Below are positions 1 through 14,114 of a stretch of DNA of 64,000 nt, one piece after another. Numbering within the stretch: position 1 is the stretch's first letter; every line of letters starts with the position of its first letter. The DNA is from Camelus dromedarius. Its lineage: Eukaryota. The position numbers were made by a program, and so were the translations under genes. The notes below the pieces were generated by a model. The model saw nothing but the letters and a program-made list of their open reading frames with translations. It searched no databases and had not been told where the DNA came from. The DNA is taken from assembly GCF_036321535.1 (NCBI RefSeq), contig NC_087438.1:14076001-14140000 (forward strand). Reading direction: 5' to 3'.

Positions 1-665
1 TAGGGAAATTCAACTAAAAATGCCCTGAGATACCACAACAGACGTTTATAATAACAATAAGGACTGACCATGCCAAACGTTGGCAAGGATGTGAAGGAAC
101 ACAAAGATTCACCTACACTACTGGTGAGAATGTAAAATGGTACAGTGGCCCATTTCTTAGAAACATTTACATATAGCTACTGTATGATCCAGCAGTACAC
201 TCCTACATATTTTTTCAAGAGAAAGGAAAGCACGTGTTCATATAAAGAGCTATCCCCAAATGTTCTTAGCGGTTTCTTTGTTATAGCCAAAACCATGAAA
301 TAGCTCATCTCTCTCCATTAACAGGCAGATGGATAAGCACATCTTGATAAATATACACTGTAGAATAGTTTGTAGCAAAAATCAAACTCACAAAAACCAC
401 AACTGTTTATGTAAGATATAACGTGGAAAAATCTCAAAATAATTATTCTGATTAAAAGAAGGTAGACAAAATAGAGCACTTTCTTCATGATGCCATTTAT
501 TCCAAACACTGGGAAATCCAACCTATCTATAAAAATAGATGGAGCAGATGAGACGGATTTCTAAGGGGCATCAGGAAAATTTTGGGATGGTGGATACCGT
601 GACCTTTTTGATTGTCTGTATGTATAACAAATCTTATAAAATGACATGTTTGTATTTATTACATG
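1..665 (+). mobile_element. Ancient L1 (L1M-type) 3' fragment
   Basis: Degenerate ORF2-end and 3'UTR motifs (gttggcaaggatgtg, ctggtgagaatgtaaaatggtacag, tatgatccagca); runs off the window start. Confidence 0.8.
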
Positions 666-1514
666 TCCCTTATACCCTGACAAAATGCAAAAGAACAATA
701 ATGAGGCCATAAATTCCTCATATTCAAGAAACTATATAAACTGCTTCTTGATAATCATCCATCCATCCATTTAATCAGTCATCATCTGCCCAATCTTTTA
801 TTCACTTAATCATATATTTAATAATTCACTCATTTATTATTCATTCAGAAATATTATTAAGTGTTCACTGTAGTCACCTGTGTTCCAGGCACATGGCAGT
901 GAACATAGAGACCAAATCTAGGTTCACATAAACTAGTCACACTTAAAAATAAATAAAATAGTACAAAACTAGTAGGTATTTTTTGAGTAACTACTATTCC
1001 AGATTCTGAAATAAGTAATGTTAAGGTATTTTTATTGATAGTTGAACCTATATGAAACTGTCCCTGCATAGATAACCTCTGGTTTTACTCTGTGCCAGTC
1101 TTAAAGCAGGTCTCAGGAATCACCTGCCATTAGTGTACAGTCAAACTTACAAGCACTTCTGAATGGATACCCAGAAGACAGTACATACCACAAAACAAAA
1201 AAAAAATTTTTTTCCCTCTGTTCTCTGTAAGTCTTTCGTGGACTCTGTAGCCAACAGGGTACCATCTTCTCTTAAGGGTATCTCATCTCAGGCCAGTGGA
1301 TTTTAGGGAACAGCCCAGCTCCTATTTCTTCTTCTAAATGTATTATGTAAAGCTCTCCCTCTTTCTGCTCGACACAAGGCTGTCTTCTACTGGGCCGAAA
1401 GCATATTCAATACCTTTTTCAAAAATTTTATCTCTGCCCAAACAAAAGATGTTCTCTTTTGGCTAGAAAAAAATATTAAATTTTCATTTTTTACAATAAG
1501 TTCATATATGTGAG

Positions 1515-1625
1515 CATACTTTAACAATTCATTGTATGAGGTAGGAATTATACCATTTAATAGAGGGGAAACTGAGGCTAGGGAAAGTTAATCTGACCCA
1601 GATAGGACAAAAAATAAATAGCTAA
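1515..1625 (-). mobile_element. MIR fragment
   Basis: MIR core-like text: tatgaggtagg...agaggggaaactgaggct...aagttaa. Confidence 0.65.
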
Positions 1626-3838
1626 GACAGACACACACACAGGACTCTACAACACCAAAATGCAAAACCTTAACTTTCACAGGATAATATCACTGAAAAG
1701 AAGTTGAATAATGCCTTTGGTTATTTTAATTATCACACCACCACTACAAATTTGGTTTCACCTTCTTTTTTTCTAATGAGGGACTCTAATATCAGAGAGA
1801 TTAAGAAACTTGCTTAACGTTATTGTTTTAAGTAGACAATAAGTTACTGCAACAAATAGAGGTGAAATATAATATGAGAATAATTTTTTCTCAATTATTG
1901 TGTCCAGAGGTAAGCAATCTATTTCTAGCATGGCAACTCTGCCATCCTCAATTCCACGTCTGGATCCAAAATTCTCATTCCTGCTTTTGCATGTCCCAGC
2001 CAAGGGGGTGCGGGGCAGGGCAGAAGGTACTGGGAAGCATGCATGCAGTTTCCTTTTTTAAGAGCCTGTGGGAAAGCTGCAAGCATCCACTCATACTAAC
2101 ACCCAATTTGCTAAAACTTAATCATGGCCATACAAGGATGCTGAATAAGGTGTTCCTTAGCTGGCAGTCATGTAAGAGGGATGTTTACGTAACTGAAATG
2201 TACAACGAACGATGAGACATTAGGGTACAACTAGCAGCCTGTCATCATCGTACAGCCAACACCGTGCGGCTCCTAGAACTGAACATTTTGTCTGATTTCA
2301 AAACCCAAGTTCTTCTGCCTCATGATATGACATAGACTGCAAAGTTTAGTTCTGTGCACAGCGTACTGATAGATAGATTCTGTCACATAATAGTGGCAAC
2401 TTATGAATTATATATATATGCCAAGAACTCAGGCATTCTTGGGGAAGATTTAGGAGGGAACTGTTAATGCCTCTTCTCATGTAATCTTATTGCACTCTTA
2501 AATGTAACCTTCTTGGCTGCTTACTAGATTAAGTGGTGGCAATTGGAAGTATCTGTTTAGTCTGATACAATGATCTCCCTCCACGAAGGAACTTTTGAAC
2601 TGGGCCTCTGACATTTGAAAGTAAGATCAGGAGGATAAGGTTTCATGTCTCCGTCTGTGCCTTAACCACAACACCTAAAATTTCTTTTAATTCTTCTGTT
2701 CCCAGCAACTGGAAACTGGAAACCTTTGCTCCTGTATAGCGGAATCTTGAATCAGCTGAAATTAGCTGAATCTGCTCCTGCAGAATCACCAAGCTAGGAG
2801 GGTAAATGAGCTGCATTTCATTGCTGCGTATAAGGCATCCTTCATTCACGTCCCCAGGTATCGTGTCTCTACTATCTAGTAAATATCATCACCACCATCA
2901 TTATCATCATCTGCCTCCTAATCGTCAACACACAACTGTTTTTATTTTTAACCATCAATCAAAGTCATCCATGCTTTCATGGGTCACCTGCACTTTCACA
3001 AATACAGAAGATTTTCCTCATGTAACCGAGTATAGGTTCAGATACCAAACTCACTTGCTGTATTAGGTCTTAAGCCTAACTGTATAAAACAATATCTATG
3101 TGTTTTCTTGTCAGTAAAAAGTAACAATAAATCCTTCTTATGCCAGTACGTTTCATGAGGCAACATCCCCATTCTTCGTAAATCGAGTGCCTCATTTTCA
3201 TGAGCTGTATTTGTTTTGATTTTATCAGTACATTAAATTCTGCTATCTACCGCTTACATTAATTTTCACAACATATTTAAATATATCTGTTTAGTTTACA
3301 AATTAAAAATAATACATGTTGGAAACCTTTTATACTGCTTGTAGATACCTTTTCTTTTTGGTCTTGGTTATCTAACCTACCAAATAGCAGAACATCACAG
3401 ACTGGTTCATGTCAATTCTTTTTTCATTACTGCTTCAATGGCTCCCTGAAGAGTGAAATGATTTTCCATCACCAGCTGCAAATTCACTGGAGACAAACTT
3501 ATCTATGTTTTTCTCACTTTATTGTAAACCCTTTCTTTGAAGTTTATTTCTAAATGGCCACAATTTTTTTAGATTGTTAATAATGCCTCCTAAATTAAAA
3601 TAGGGGTTATAGTTACTTTCAAGTAAACTTTTATACTCAATTTGGACAAAGGTTTGGTCATGGGAACTGTCAAGGCACAAATGAAGAAACTTATACAACT
3701 TATAAGAGAATAAATGCTGTAAGTGATCAAATCAGGCCTGTTGAGTGTTTTTCTCATTGAATGATGTAAAATTATATTGAGCCAATCAAAGATTCAAAAT
3801 GCTTTTTGAAGGAAAAAAAAACTTATAAATAGAAGTGT

Positions 3839-4470
3839 GCAATCCCACTCATGGGCATATATCCAGAGGGAACCTTAATTCAAAAAGACACATGCACCCC
3901 AATGTTCATAGCAGCAATATTTACAATAGCCAAGACTTGGAAGCAACCTAAATGTCCATTGACAGATGACTGAACAAAAAAGTTGTGGTACATTTATACA
4001 ATGGAATACTACTCAGCCATAAAAAATAAAATAATGCCATTTTCAGCAACATGGATAGACCTGGAGAATGTCATTCTAAGTGAAGTAAGCCGAAAGAGAA
4101 AGAAAAATACCATATGATATCACTTAAATGTGGAATCTAAAAAAAAAAAAAAAAAGACAAACTTATTTACAAAACAGAAACAATTCACAGACATAGAAAA
4201 CAAACATGGTTACCAGCAGGGAAGGGTGTGGGAAGGGATAAACTGGGAGTTTGAGATTTGCAGATACTAACTAGTATATATAAAAATAGACAAACAACAA
4301 ATTCATACTGTATAGCACAGGGAACTATATTTGATATCTTGTAATAACTTATGGTGAAAAAGAAAATGAAAACAAATACATGTATGTTCACATAGGATTG
4401 AAGTATTATGCCGTACACTAGAAATTGGCACAACATTGTAAACTGACTATACTTCAATAAAAAAATATAT
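3839..4470 (+). mobile_element. Young 5'-truncated L1 3' end (camelid-type)
   Basis: ORF2 C-terminal text (caatcccactc...acacatgcaccccaatgttcatagcagca...atggaatactactcagccat), 3'UTR and an AATAAA/A-tail. Closely similar to the copy at 62897-63503. Confidence 0.92.
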
Positions 4471-5384
4471 ATACCAAAAAATTGTTATTCCAAGGCACAT
4501 ATTAGAAAAGTCTTTAAAATTTACATATAAAAACAAAAAATAGGTATCTTTCATCCTCTAGAAGATACTGGAAAAGAGAAACGTTATCAATGACCAGAAC
4601 CTTCTTGAAGAATTAATTATGATCATTACAGAGGAAAATAACAAAAAGACAGATAATGTAAGCACTACCAAAGTTCTCTAAAACAAGGCTCTACGTAAGT
4701 GCCAAAGGGATTGATGAGTGCATTTTAACTAACTGTGGGATTATTTATATTTTACTCATATAAAATTAAGTTTTACTGAACTGCTTTAAGATAGTTTGCC
4801 TTATAGAGTGAAGAATGATTATAGTTTGAAATCCTTATATTTTTTAACATTAGAGTTTGTAAGATATAAATTAAAAACTCAAAATAGACTGAGTCCAGAG
4901 AGAACTGTAGGTGAAGATGGAAAACACAATAGGAGCAGAGAAAGAAGGGTGGCAATCTTTCATTTTAAATGAAAAGTGAGAGGCAGCATTAAGTTTTTCA
5001 CATCTGTGGTTTTCCGATATTTTCTGCATTTCCTCAATACGTCTAAGGCTTCCTTCACTACTGTACACAGATATCAGACCTCAACTATCTAGCAAATATA
5101 TTTCTCTTTATCTTTAAAATGAGCTAAATTATATTCTGCAAAGAAAAATGTATATTCCGGCCTAAAAATCTATTTTCAATTCAACAGTTAGATTAGCATA
5201 GGACATATAAATGCAAAAATAAAAGGACCACCTCCTGCCACCACCCCACAGAGGTGAATGAGGACAAAACAGACTTTCTATGTGGCATAGCCTAGGTTAG
5301 TGAATTATGATGCAGAAAGAAGCAAATCCAAATTTATACAATAAAAATTTATGCATTTTCTTAAGATTATATTACACTAAGCAG

Positions 5385-5560
5385 AGGAAACATAGCAGAA
5401 TGAAGGTCAAGAGCCTAGTTCTGGTGGCACAATTTCTGAGTTTTCATTAGATATTTATACTTACTTGTCCTGTGATCTGTTATAAGTTACTTAACCTCTC
5501 TGTGGCTCAGTTTCCTCCACGGTTAAATGAGGATGAAAACAATTCTACCTAACCGCTAGG
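5385..5560 (+). mobile_element. MIR
   Basis: Core motif aagttacttaacctctctgtggctcagtttcctc. Confidence 0.75.
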
Positions 5561-5994
5561 TGTGCTTGGCCAACTCCATTCCTAATGACATAAATGATTT
5601 TTCTCCTAGTTCTGATAAAACTGCTGAAGACAGAGTAAACCTTCCTATAACTTCAACCATTACTCAGATATCAAGAAAGCTTTAGAAGAACAGATTTTTA
5701 TGTTGTGTTGCCCACATATAGAAATAATATATCAATATTTGTTTGTATAAAATATTTAATTTCACTAAATGCCTCTCTACTCTTGGGAGTAGTTTAGTGT
5801 TTTGTGAGACTTTTGAATGTGACATCTGATTCACAAACATCAAATCCTTTAAGTAAAAGTTCTTGGCTGCTCCAAGCTGCATCAACTCTGTTTCTGCCTA
5901 ATTAGTAGGGACAAATCTTGATAAAACCTTTTGAAAGGTTTTGCTGGTTCATGCACCAGAATTATAAATTAATCTGCTCACTCCCATATGTACC

Positions 5995-6130
5995 ACGAAG
6001 GCAGGAGTCAGCAGTGGAAAGAACATGAAACTGAGAATCCGATAGGCTTCTGTCCACGTCCTGACTCCACCATTTGTTAATAAGACACACAGATAAGAAG
6101 TCTCTTAACCTCTCTGAAATGGGTTCCATA
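5995..6130 (+). mobile_element. MIR fragment
   Basis: gcagtggaaagaacatg...aagtctcttaacctctctga. Confidence 0.6.
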
Positions 6131-9089
6131 GATACGGATGTAGAAAGAATGGACCAGACAAAATGAAATCGTGGAAGACATAAATTAACATTTATAAAAC
6201 TCATATATCTACATATTATATTAGGCATCTTCAATTTTCAAAGCAGCAAGAGTGAAGAGGGGGCCATGATTAGATTTTAAATAACCACATTCTACAGTAA
6301 CCCATGTGTACTGGCTATTGCTCTTACATTCCAAACTTAACACCACTGCAGTGAGGAATTTCTGGGTGATAAAGCCAAACATTTCTTTCATCAAGGAAAG
6401 CTCATTTACCAGACGGGACTACTTTCAGTTCTGTCATTACTGCTCCTTTTCCTCTGCCCCTCTCCACGTGCTTTTAGGAACAGTTCTGTTTCATTGGTTG
6501 AAGCCTGCGAAAGTCTTATCTCTACATACCATGATTACCTTGGCACATTGTATAATATCATGACATGGAATACAAATAATTAAAACCTACTTGAATTTTA
6601 TAAGGCTGGAAGACATTTACTGGAGAATGCTAGGAGTTCTTTGTGCATAATGTACCTTTCATGCATGTTAAATTATTTATACATTATTAACATTAAAATA
6701 TTCTGTACTATTTATTGAGTGCCTACTCTTTGCCAGATACAATCCTGTTACCTTTTTATTCAGAAATCATATAGATAGCTATTATTTTCTTCATTTTATA
6801 GATGAGTAAAAATTTATTATATTTTGAGGGTTGTACTCAAAAAGCTTATTCATTTACTCATTCAATATTCATTAAATTTTAATTATGTGTCATATGTATA
6901 ACACTAACTTTTTAAAACATATCTATGTTTTTTTAAAATGCATAGCCTATGTTTTCTAAAGATTATAATATATTTAAATGGAGAAAATATACACTAAAAA
7001 ACTATGTTTAAAAGAGTACAAATTTTTTTAAAGTATATTTCCAAAATTTATACTACAGACAGTAATTAGGAATCTTCTGGAAATGTAATGATTTTCATTC
7101 TCTACAAGCCAAGGATTCACCTTACAATATTCTGACAATAAACTCATGTGTAGATGGGCAATAGAAATTCAGATATTTAGGGAGTCAGGTCAGCTGTAAT
7201 TGACAGGTTTTGTGGATTTAGAGCTATTTTATACTTCTTCAGCACTAATCACACAATGTACAGTGCCAATTTAAAATATTTTATATTTAAGCATTTCATA
7301 GGCTCATTTTATTTAGTCAAGGTTAAAGATGGATTCAATTCAGGTTAAACTGTTTTTAGATAATAGTTTAGGGGAAAAAGTGTCCTTTGATCAATAGATT
7401 TGGGGAAAATTTATTACATAAAGTTACCTTAAGAACTAAATGTCCAGCATTTAGTACATTATGATGAAATGTTTGTAAATCAATGAATGTTTTGATCTTG
7501 GGGGACAGAGTGAATTCATATGCTATTTGACAAGACAGAGGGCATGAGATGATGTTTATAACTTTGGGAGATCAAGAGAATAAAATATAATGAAATATTT
7601 CCCTCAATTATTTGCAGACATAACCATACATCCACATAAATGTGTGCAGCATGTCACATCACTAGTGGTTTTCAAAACATACTTTGTGATATTTCGAGCT
7701 ATTTTAGACCTCTAGGAAATGTTCTGTATACATTCTTATTAACCAAATATCTCTCTTCAATGTGTATTTCTTTCTGCAATTCAAATTATTAATTGCAACT
7801 ATATATGGATATATAATTAATTTATATACAATATATAATGCATATTATGTTTTATACTCATATATATCCCACTATATATAATATGAGTTAATATATATTG
7901 AAACTGATTTCATGTATTTAAAATCTGTCAAGATATGTAAACTGCATATAGGTTATATAATATTATATAAACAATGGCTTTAGAATTATATATATTATAT
8001 ACTATATATAAAATGTGCTTAGTTAAAAATATGTTCGTATGTTTATTTAATTTTACATTGTAAAATACCATAGTACATAGAACAGTGTGAACAATAATAT
8101 AACCATCATCTTTGAATCTGCTGCCCAATTTTAACAAAAGAAATGTTTTACCATATACATTTGTAAACATTTTTAAGATTAATTTATACTTCCTGAATGT
8201 AACTATGTTCAACATTCTATGAATGTTTTATGCTTTTTATGGATACATCTGTATGCATAAGAAAATGCATGTTTTTTTCCTGTGCTCAAACATTTTTATT
8301 AAAAAGACATCATTCTCCATGTAGCTTCCTGTAACTAGTTTCCAGTTAACATTATTTTCTGACAGTTGATCTTGTTGAGACATGTAAATCAGATCCTTTG
8401 ACATTAACTTCGGTATGACAAGACTGTTATACAGCATAGCACCAGGCAAGATTGCACCATTTTATTCATCCTGCTTTCTTTGTCTTAGATTGTTTCAATG
8501 TTTTGGCTATTAAAGCAATGCTCAAGTGGCGTCCAGTTGCACTTGCAGCAAAAATAATTTCTGCCCCAGCTGACCCTGCATTTGATGCTTACAGGAATGG
8601 CAGAGTCCATTTCTGAGCACTTTCCCAAGTGAAATCCCTGATTATCTACTGAGTTTCTTTCCTTGGGTCAGGCACTGAGCTATGAGAATCCCACTGATTA
8701 ATTAGACACGGAGCCTTCATGGAAAACATGCTGTAATAAGATGAGTGAGAGAAAGCAGATGAAGAGATGTATGGGGCACCATCAGGCTCCAAGAGGGACA
8801 GATCATTCCTTCAAGTTGAGGAACATAAAGTTTACTGTATATTTAGCAAAGTTTCTGGCATGTAGTAGGTGAGTAATATGCATATGTTTCATAAATAACC
8901 ATGAAAACATTTTTAGAGTACTGTGAGTTTATATCAGAACACGCTGAACCTAAAGAACTTCACAAAAGCAAAGTGAAAATATCCAGGAGACTAATAAGTG
9001 CAAAAAGGGACTTAAGAGAATCCTTCCTACTTCTTCCTTTCAACGCTGTTATTTCCTGGGTTTTAGGTGGGCACATGATTATCTAGAAC

Positions 9090-9380
9090 CTTGCAGAAGT
9101 GGTCTCAGGTACTCAGCCTTCTTATATGGTCCCTGGCTTCTCCCAGAGTGAGTGTCTCAAGAGAACTGGGAGGAAACTGCATGACTTCTGCTGACCTGGC
9201 CTCAAAAGTCACACAGCTTTCTGTTAGTCATCAGTGAGTCACTGAAGCCACCTTAGAATTAAGACTGAGTCACTGAGGCCAGCATGGAACCAAAACAGAA
9301 TGAGTCACCAAAGCCAGTTTAGAATCATCTCTTAAAAAGAATGTCAAAGCATTTTCAGATAAATTTTAAAACTTCCATAG
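9090..9380 (-). mobile_element. MLT1-type MaLR LTR remnant
   Basis: cttcttatatgg...ggcttctcccagagtgagtg...gacctggcctcaaaagtcacacagc resembles the reverse strand of old MLT1 LTRs. Confidence 0.65.
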
Positions 9381-9584
9381 TCACAATGTGCATGCATGTG
9401 CGTGTCTATATTTGTTGTTCGGATTGCTGTTTCACCTGTTTACTCATTGTCTGACTTACAGCTCCATTAACTCAGAGAGAATATTTATCTTTCTCACTGT
9501 TGTATCTCCAGCTTCTGTCAGAATGTATAAAATGAAACACAAAATGGTAACCATCCCATACAGATTTTGTGACTAAATGAAATA

Positions 9585-9854
9585 GAAATATTTTAACCTG
9601 GCTTCTTCATCTATAAAATACAGAATTATAGAGATCAGAATGTTTTCATGAAGATAAAATGAGTTGATATGAGTAACAAAATGTATAATATATATAATTA
9701 TATATAAATCATATATATGTGTATCACATATATGATTATATATGATTTTATGTTTATATTTTTATATACATGATACATATATGTGATTTATATATGATTT
9801 TATATATATTATACATTTTGTTACCCATATCAATTTATGTTGATTTTATATATA

Positions 9855-9901
<47 letters not shown>

Positions 9902-9950
9902 AAGCTCTTAGCCTAGGACATAGCAGGCATTTACTAAATGGTGGTTATTT
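9585..9950 (+). mobile_element. MIR interrupted by an inverted duplication and an AT/TATATG microsatellite
   Basis: The MIR core (ttcttcatctataaaat...aagataaaatgagttgatat) precedes the palindrome, and the MIR tail (agctcttagc...catttactaaatggtggttatt) follows it. Confidence 0.6.
9848..9902. repeat. (TA)n/(TATATG)n microsatellite
   Basis: Direct reading of the sequence. Confidence 0.9.
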
Positions 9951-10311
9951 CCAAAGTCTTGAAACTCTAAAATTGTCTTGATATAGTGAGTGTTCAATTA
10001 AAATTTGTTATATTACTGGACTAGTTAAATAAAGACATGGAAATTAGGCCAAACATTGAACTTTGAAATGGCAGTAGGCTTACTCCTTTAGAAACATAAA
10101 GAAGCAGCCACTGTGTCTGAAATTGAGAATTCATGGAGGGAATACTGAGGAATAAAATCTTACCTGGACTTTCCCAGTATAATTACTAAAATTATTGTTA
10201 TAATGGATAATAACTTGAACTGTTGAAAGTGAAATATATCATTCTTTCCACATATATGCCCCCTTTTTTTGATCCAAATCACGTCTTTTATTTATTCCCT
10301 AAGTCACTGCA

Positions 10312-10785
10312 GCTAAGTTAAATAAGCCAGATGCAGAAGAACAAATACTACATGATCCCATTTAGATGAGAAATTTATAATTGTCAAATTCATAGAAGCA
10401 GAGAGGAGAATGGTGGTTAGCAGGGGCTGGGGAGAGAGGGGCCCAGGGAGGTATTGGCCAAAGGGTACAAAGATTCAGTTATTCTAGGTGAATAAGTCCT
10501 GTAGGTCTGCTGTACAGCACAGAGCCTGCAGGTGACAATACTGTACTGTATAGTTAAAGATTTGCTACGAGGGTGGGTTTTATGTTAATCCTCTTACCAT
10601 ACACAGGAAAATACATAAAGTGGTCTGGAGGAAACTTCTGGAGCTTGTGGATATGTTCACGGCATTGATTTTGGCAACAGTTTCACAGGAGAACACTTCT
10701 TTCTAAAATCTGACAGTTTTATATGCTGAAGATGTACAGCTTTTTGTATGTCAATTATAATTCAATAAAATGTTTTTTTAAAGAC
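10312..10785 (+). mobile_element. L1MB-like 3' end
   Basis: ctaagttaaataagccag...tcatagaagcagagaggagaatggtggtt...gtatgtcaattataattcaataaa. Confidence 0.85.
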
Positions 10786-10789
10786 ACAA

Positions 10790-13550
10790 AAGGTATAAAG
10801 AGTTTATACCAATACTTAAAACTTAAATTAAATTAAATATGAAGCAATATATCAAGCTTGCTTCAAGAAGAAATAGAAAGATATTTAATAAAGAAATTGA
10901 TTTGGATTCAAAATCCTTAATGCAATGTAAATGCCAGGCACAAAGGTTTTCATTGTTTACTTTTTCATGCATTCAAAGAAGAATTAATACTATTATACAC
11001 AACTTCTAAGTACAATTATTATTTGGATTTCCAAATCTGACAAAGATATTAAATGAAAGAAAATTGTAGACAAATATTTTCCATGAATATTCTCAACAAA
11101 AATTCAGCACTAAATAAAAGGCTAACACATAATGACTAAATAGTTTTATCCAAGAATGGGATGTGAGTTCAATATTTGAAAATCAATCAACATAGATCAT
11201 CCCATTAAGTGAATAAAGAATAAAAATCATATGAATACTCAATAGATGGAGAAAAAGCATCTGAAAAATTCAATATAGATGTAATAAAGTTGTCAAGAAT
11301 TAAAAAGAAACAGAAATAACTCATCTTGACCCTGAGTTACCGCTAAAAACACACAGCTAAGAGTATACTGAATGATAAAGAACTAAATGCTTTCTCTTTA
11401 GGTTAAGGGAAAAGGCAAGAATATTAATTCTAATTATTTCTATTCAAAACTGCACTGGCAGTCTTCACAGAGAACATGCAAGTCTATTTAGAAAATTCTA
11501 AAGATCTACAAAAAAATCACCAAATTTAAGTGCATTTAGTAAAGTAACAAAAATAATCAATATTTTTAAAAATGCATTTTCCATCTTTCAGCCAAAATTT
11601 ATAAAATTATATCAAACAAAACAATACTATTTACAAAAGTATCAAGAAAGAAACATAATTAGAAAGAAATTTAAAAAGTGTTAAGATCTCTACACTGAAA
11701 ACTATAATATATTATCAAGAGAAATTAATTACAGAATATCCAAATAAATTAAGCATTATGCCATGTTAACAGATTTGAGGACTCAACATTGGCAAAATAT
11801 CTTTGCTCTCCAAATTCATATGTATATATAATTTAATAAAAATTTATATGCTTATATACTATATAATATATGCATACAAATGTGTATATTTATGAATACA
11901 AATTTAAAATCTCTGATTTTCACATAAAAATGTGAAGGCCTTGATTAGCCAAAACATTTGGGAAAAAGAAAAGAACAAATCTGGGGCACTTGAATATTAG
12001 GACTACCTGACTTCAAGACCTAGTCTTAAACTTACAGTAATCAAATATATGTCAATGAAATAGAAAAAAAGAGTTCAGAAAGAGACACACATATGTTCAC
12101 CTAAGTTAGACAAAGTTAATAGAGAATATTCCTTCAACAAATGATAGTGTAACAACTAGAGATCTGTACAGAAAAAAAATTGAACAAAACCTGGTAAAAA
12201 AATCAGTTGAAACTGAATCATAGATTTACAAAAGCTAAAACATCAACCATCTAAAAGAAAGTACATAGGCAAATTTTGAGGATCTTACAAGTAAATAATT
12301 CTGAGAAAGAACCAAAAAAAAAAAAAAAGAAAGAAAGAAAGAAAGAAAAAGCACTAACCACATAAAGTATGTGAATTAAATTTTTCAAACTTAAAAACTT
12401 CTCTTCAGATGCTATTATTAAAATTAAAATATTAATCCTCATCCTAAGAGAAAACATTTTTAATGTATACATTTTTACAAAGATCTTATATCCAGAATCT
12501 ATAAAGGATTCTTATAATTCAATAATAACAAACTTCCTAAAAATATGCAGAATATGTGAATAGACACTTCATAGAAGATGTGTACACAGTATGTACCTGA
12601 AAAGATGTCAGCAGAGAAATTAAAACCACAATGAAACCCACTTTACATGTGTTAAAATAGCTAACGTAGGAGATAGGTATTTCCAAGTGAGGCTGCAGAA
12701 CAGTGAGAACTGTCTTACGTAACTGTGAGAATGTGAAGTACGTATAACTCTTTTAGAAAATAGTTTGACAGTTTGCTATAAAATTAGACATACACTTACC
12801 ATACGACCTAGAAATTTCCCTTTACTCAAAGGAAGGAAAGTCATATGTCTGTAGAGACTCATATACGTACGGCCATAGCAGATTTAGTCATATGAGCTCA
12901 AAACTGGGATCAACTCAAATGCTCATTAGCAGCTGAACTGATAAAAGTAATATCATCATAAACGGACAAAAGTAACAACAGGGCTAGCAACTGAAAACAC
13001 TGATGATAAACTGAGCAAAACGATCTCAACACAACAGAGAATACACATCATGATTTCATTTACATGAAATTCTAGAATAGGCAAAAAGAATAAAAATTCT
13101 GTAGTGACAGAAAGCAGGTCAGTGGTTTTCAGGGGAGAGTGTTGGCCAAATGAAATACAATGTAGGCTACATATGGAATTTAATTTCTTCTATCAGTCAC
13201 ATGTAAAGAGTGTAAGAAACAGTGAACTTCATTTTAACAATAAATTCATTATCACTACTATACTAAAATATAATTTCTGTAATCAAAATTTTAAAAAAAT
13301 ATTAACTAGATATGTTACAGTATTTTTTCACACCAAGTCTTCAAAATCTGATTTTTATACTACAGATTTCAGTTTGAACTGGCAGCACTTCAGCTGTTCA
13401 GTAGACACTCGTGGCTACAGTACTGAACAATGCAATGCCATATTTGATCAAGGAAGTGGTTATTAGGGTGTAAACATCCATCAAAATTCACTGATGTTTA
13501 TTCTTAAGTGTGTGAATATTATCACATATAAACCATGATGCAATTATGAG
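10790..13550 (+). mobile_element. Ancient degenerate L1 (ORF2 plus 3' end)
   Basis: Collinear decayed ORF2 motifs: ttcaatatttgaaaatcaatcaa, gactacctgacttcaagacc, tatatccagaatctataaag, cttaccatacgacctagaaatt. Confidence 0.8.
13138..13436. mobile_element. MER33-like hAT-Charlie DNA transposon nested in L1
   Basis: gaaatacaatgtaggctacatatg...ccaagtcttcaaaatctg...cgtggctacagtactgaacaatgca; L1 3'UTR text resumes after it. Confidence 0.7.
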
Positions 13551-14114
13551 TAAGTGGATAAAACACTGTGATGTTTGATTCTTGAAAAACTAGAAGGAAA
13601 ATTGTCTACTGGAATGGAATTAAGATATACATATATATGAGAGAGAGAATTTAAGCTAGGAAGATAAAATCTCAAATCAGTAGGGGGAAAAAGTACTACG
13701 TAATTGCTTAAAATTGGTGCCAAAATAACTAAGTATTCCTTCCTTGGAAAAAAATAAAATTCTTCACACTATACCCACAATAATCCCACTGCATTAAAAC
13801 TTTAAATATAAATATTAAAGAATTAAAAGAAATATTGGTGGTTTGGAATTGGTCTTTTTAGTGTAATTCTATAGTCTATAAAGAAAACAACAGAAGGAAA
13901 GACTGATGATGGCCCCAAATTATGAAAATATCTTTACATCAATAACAACAACTATCACTAAAAGACTGAAAAAATAAACAGGCACAAAAGCCAAAGATTT
14001 TACCACTAAATGGTAGATTTATTTTATATATATTTAATAATTCTAAAAAAATAGACGCAAGCATATAGAAAAGTGGTAGACAATTCAGAAAGAATAAATA
14101 TAAGTAAATCACAA

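Noticed and set aside
1862..2215. 117-aa ORF in non-repeat sequence
   Set aside because: Non-ATG start, no recognisable domain or exon structure, and a length expected by chance.
2806..3066. His-rich 86-aa ORF
   Set aside because: The His run comes from a short (CAT/CAC)n low-complexity tract; no recognisable homology.
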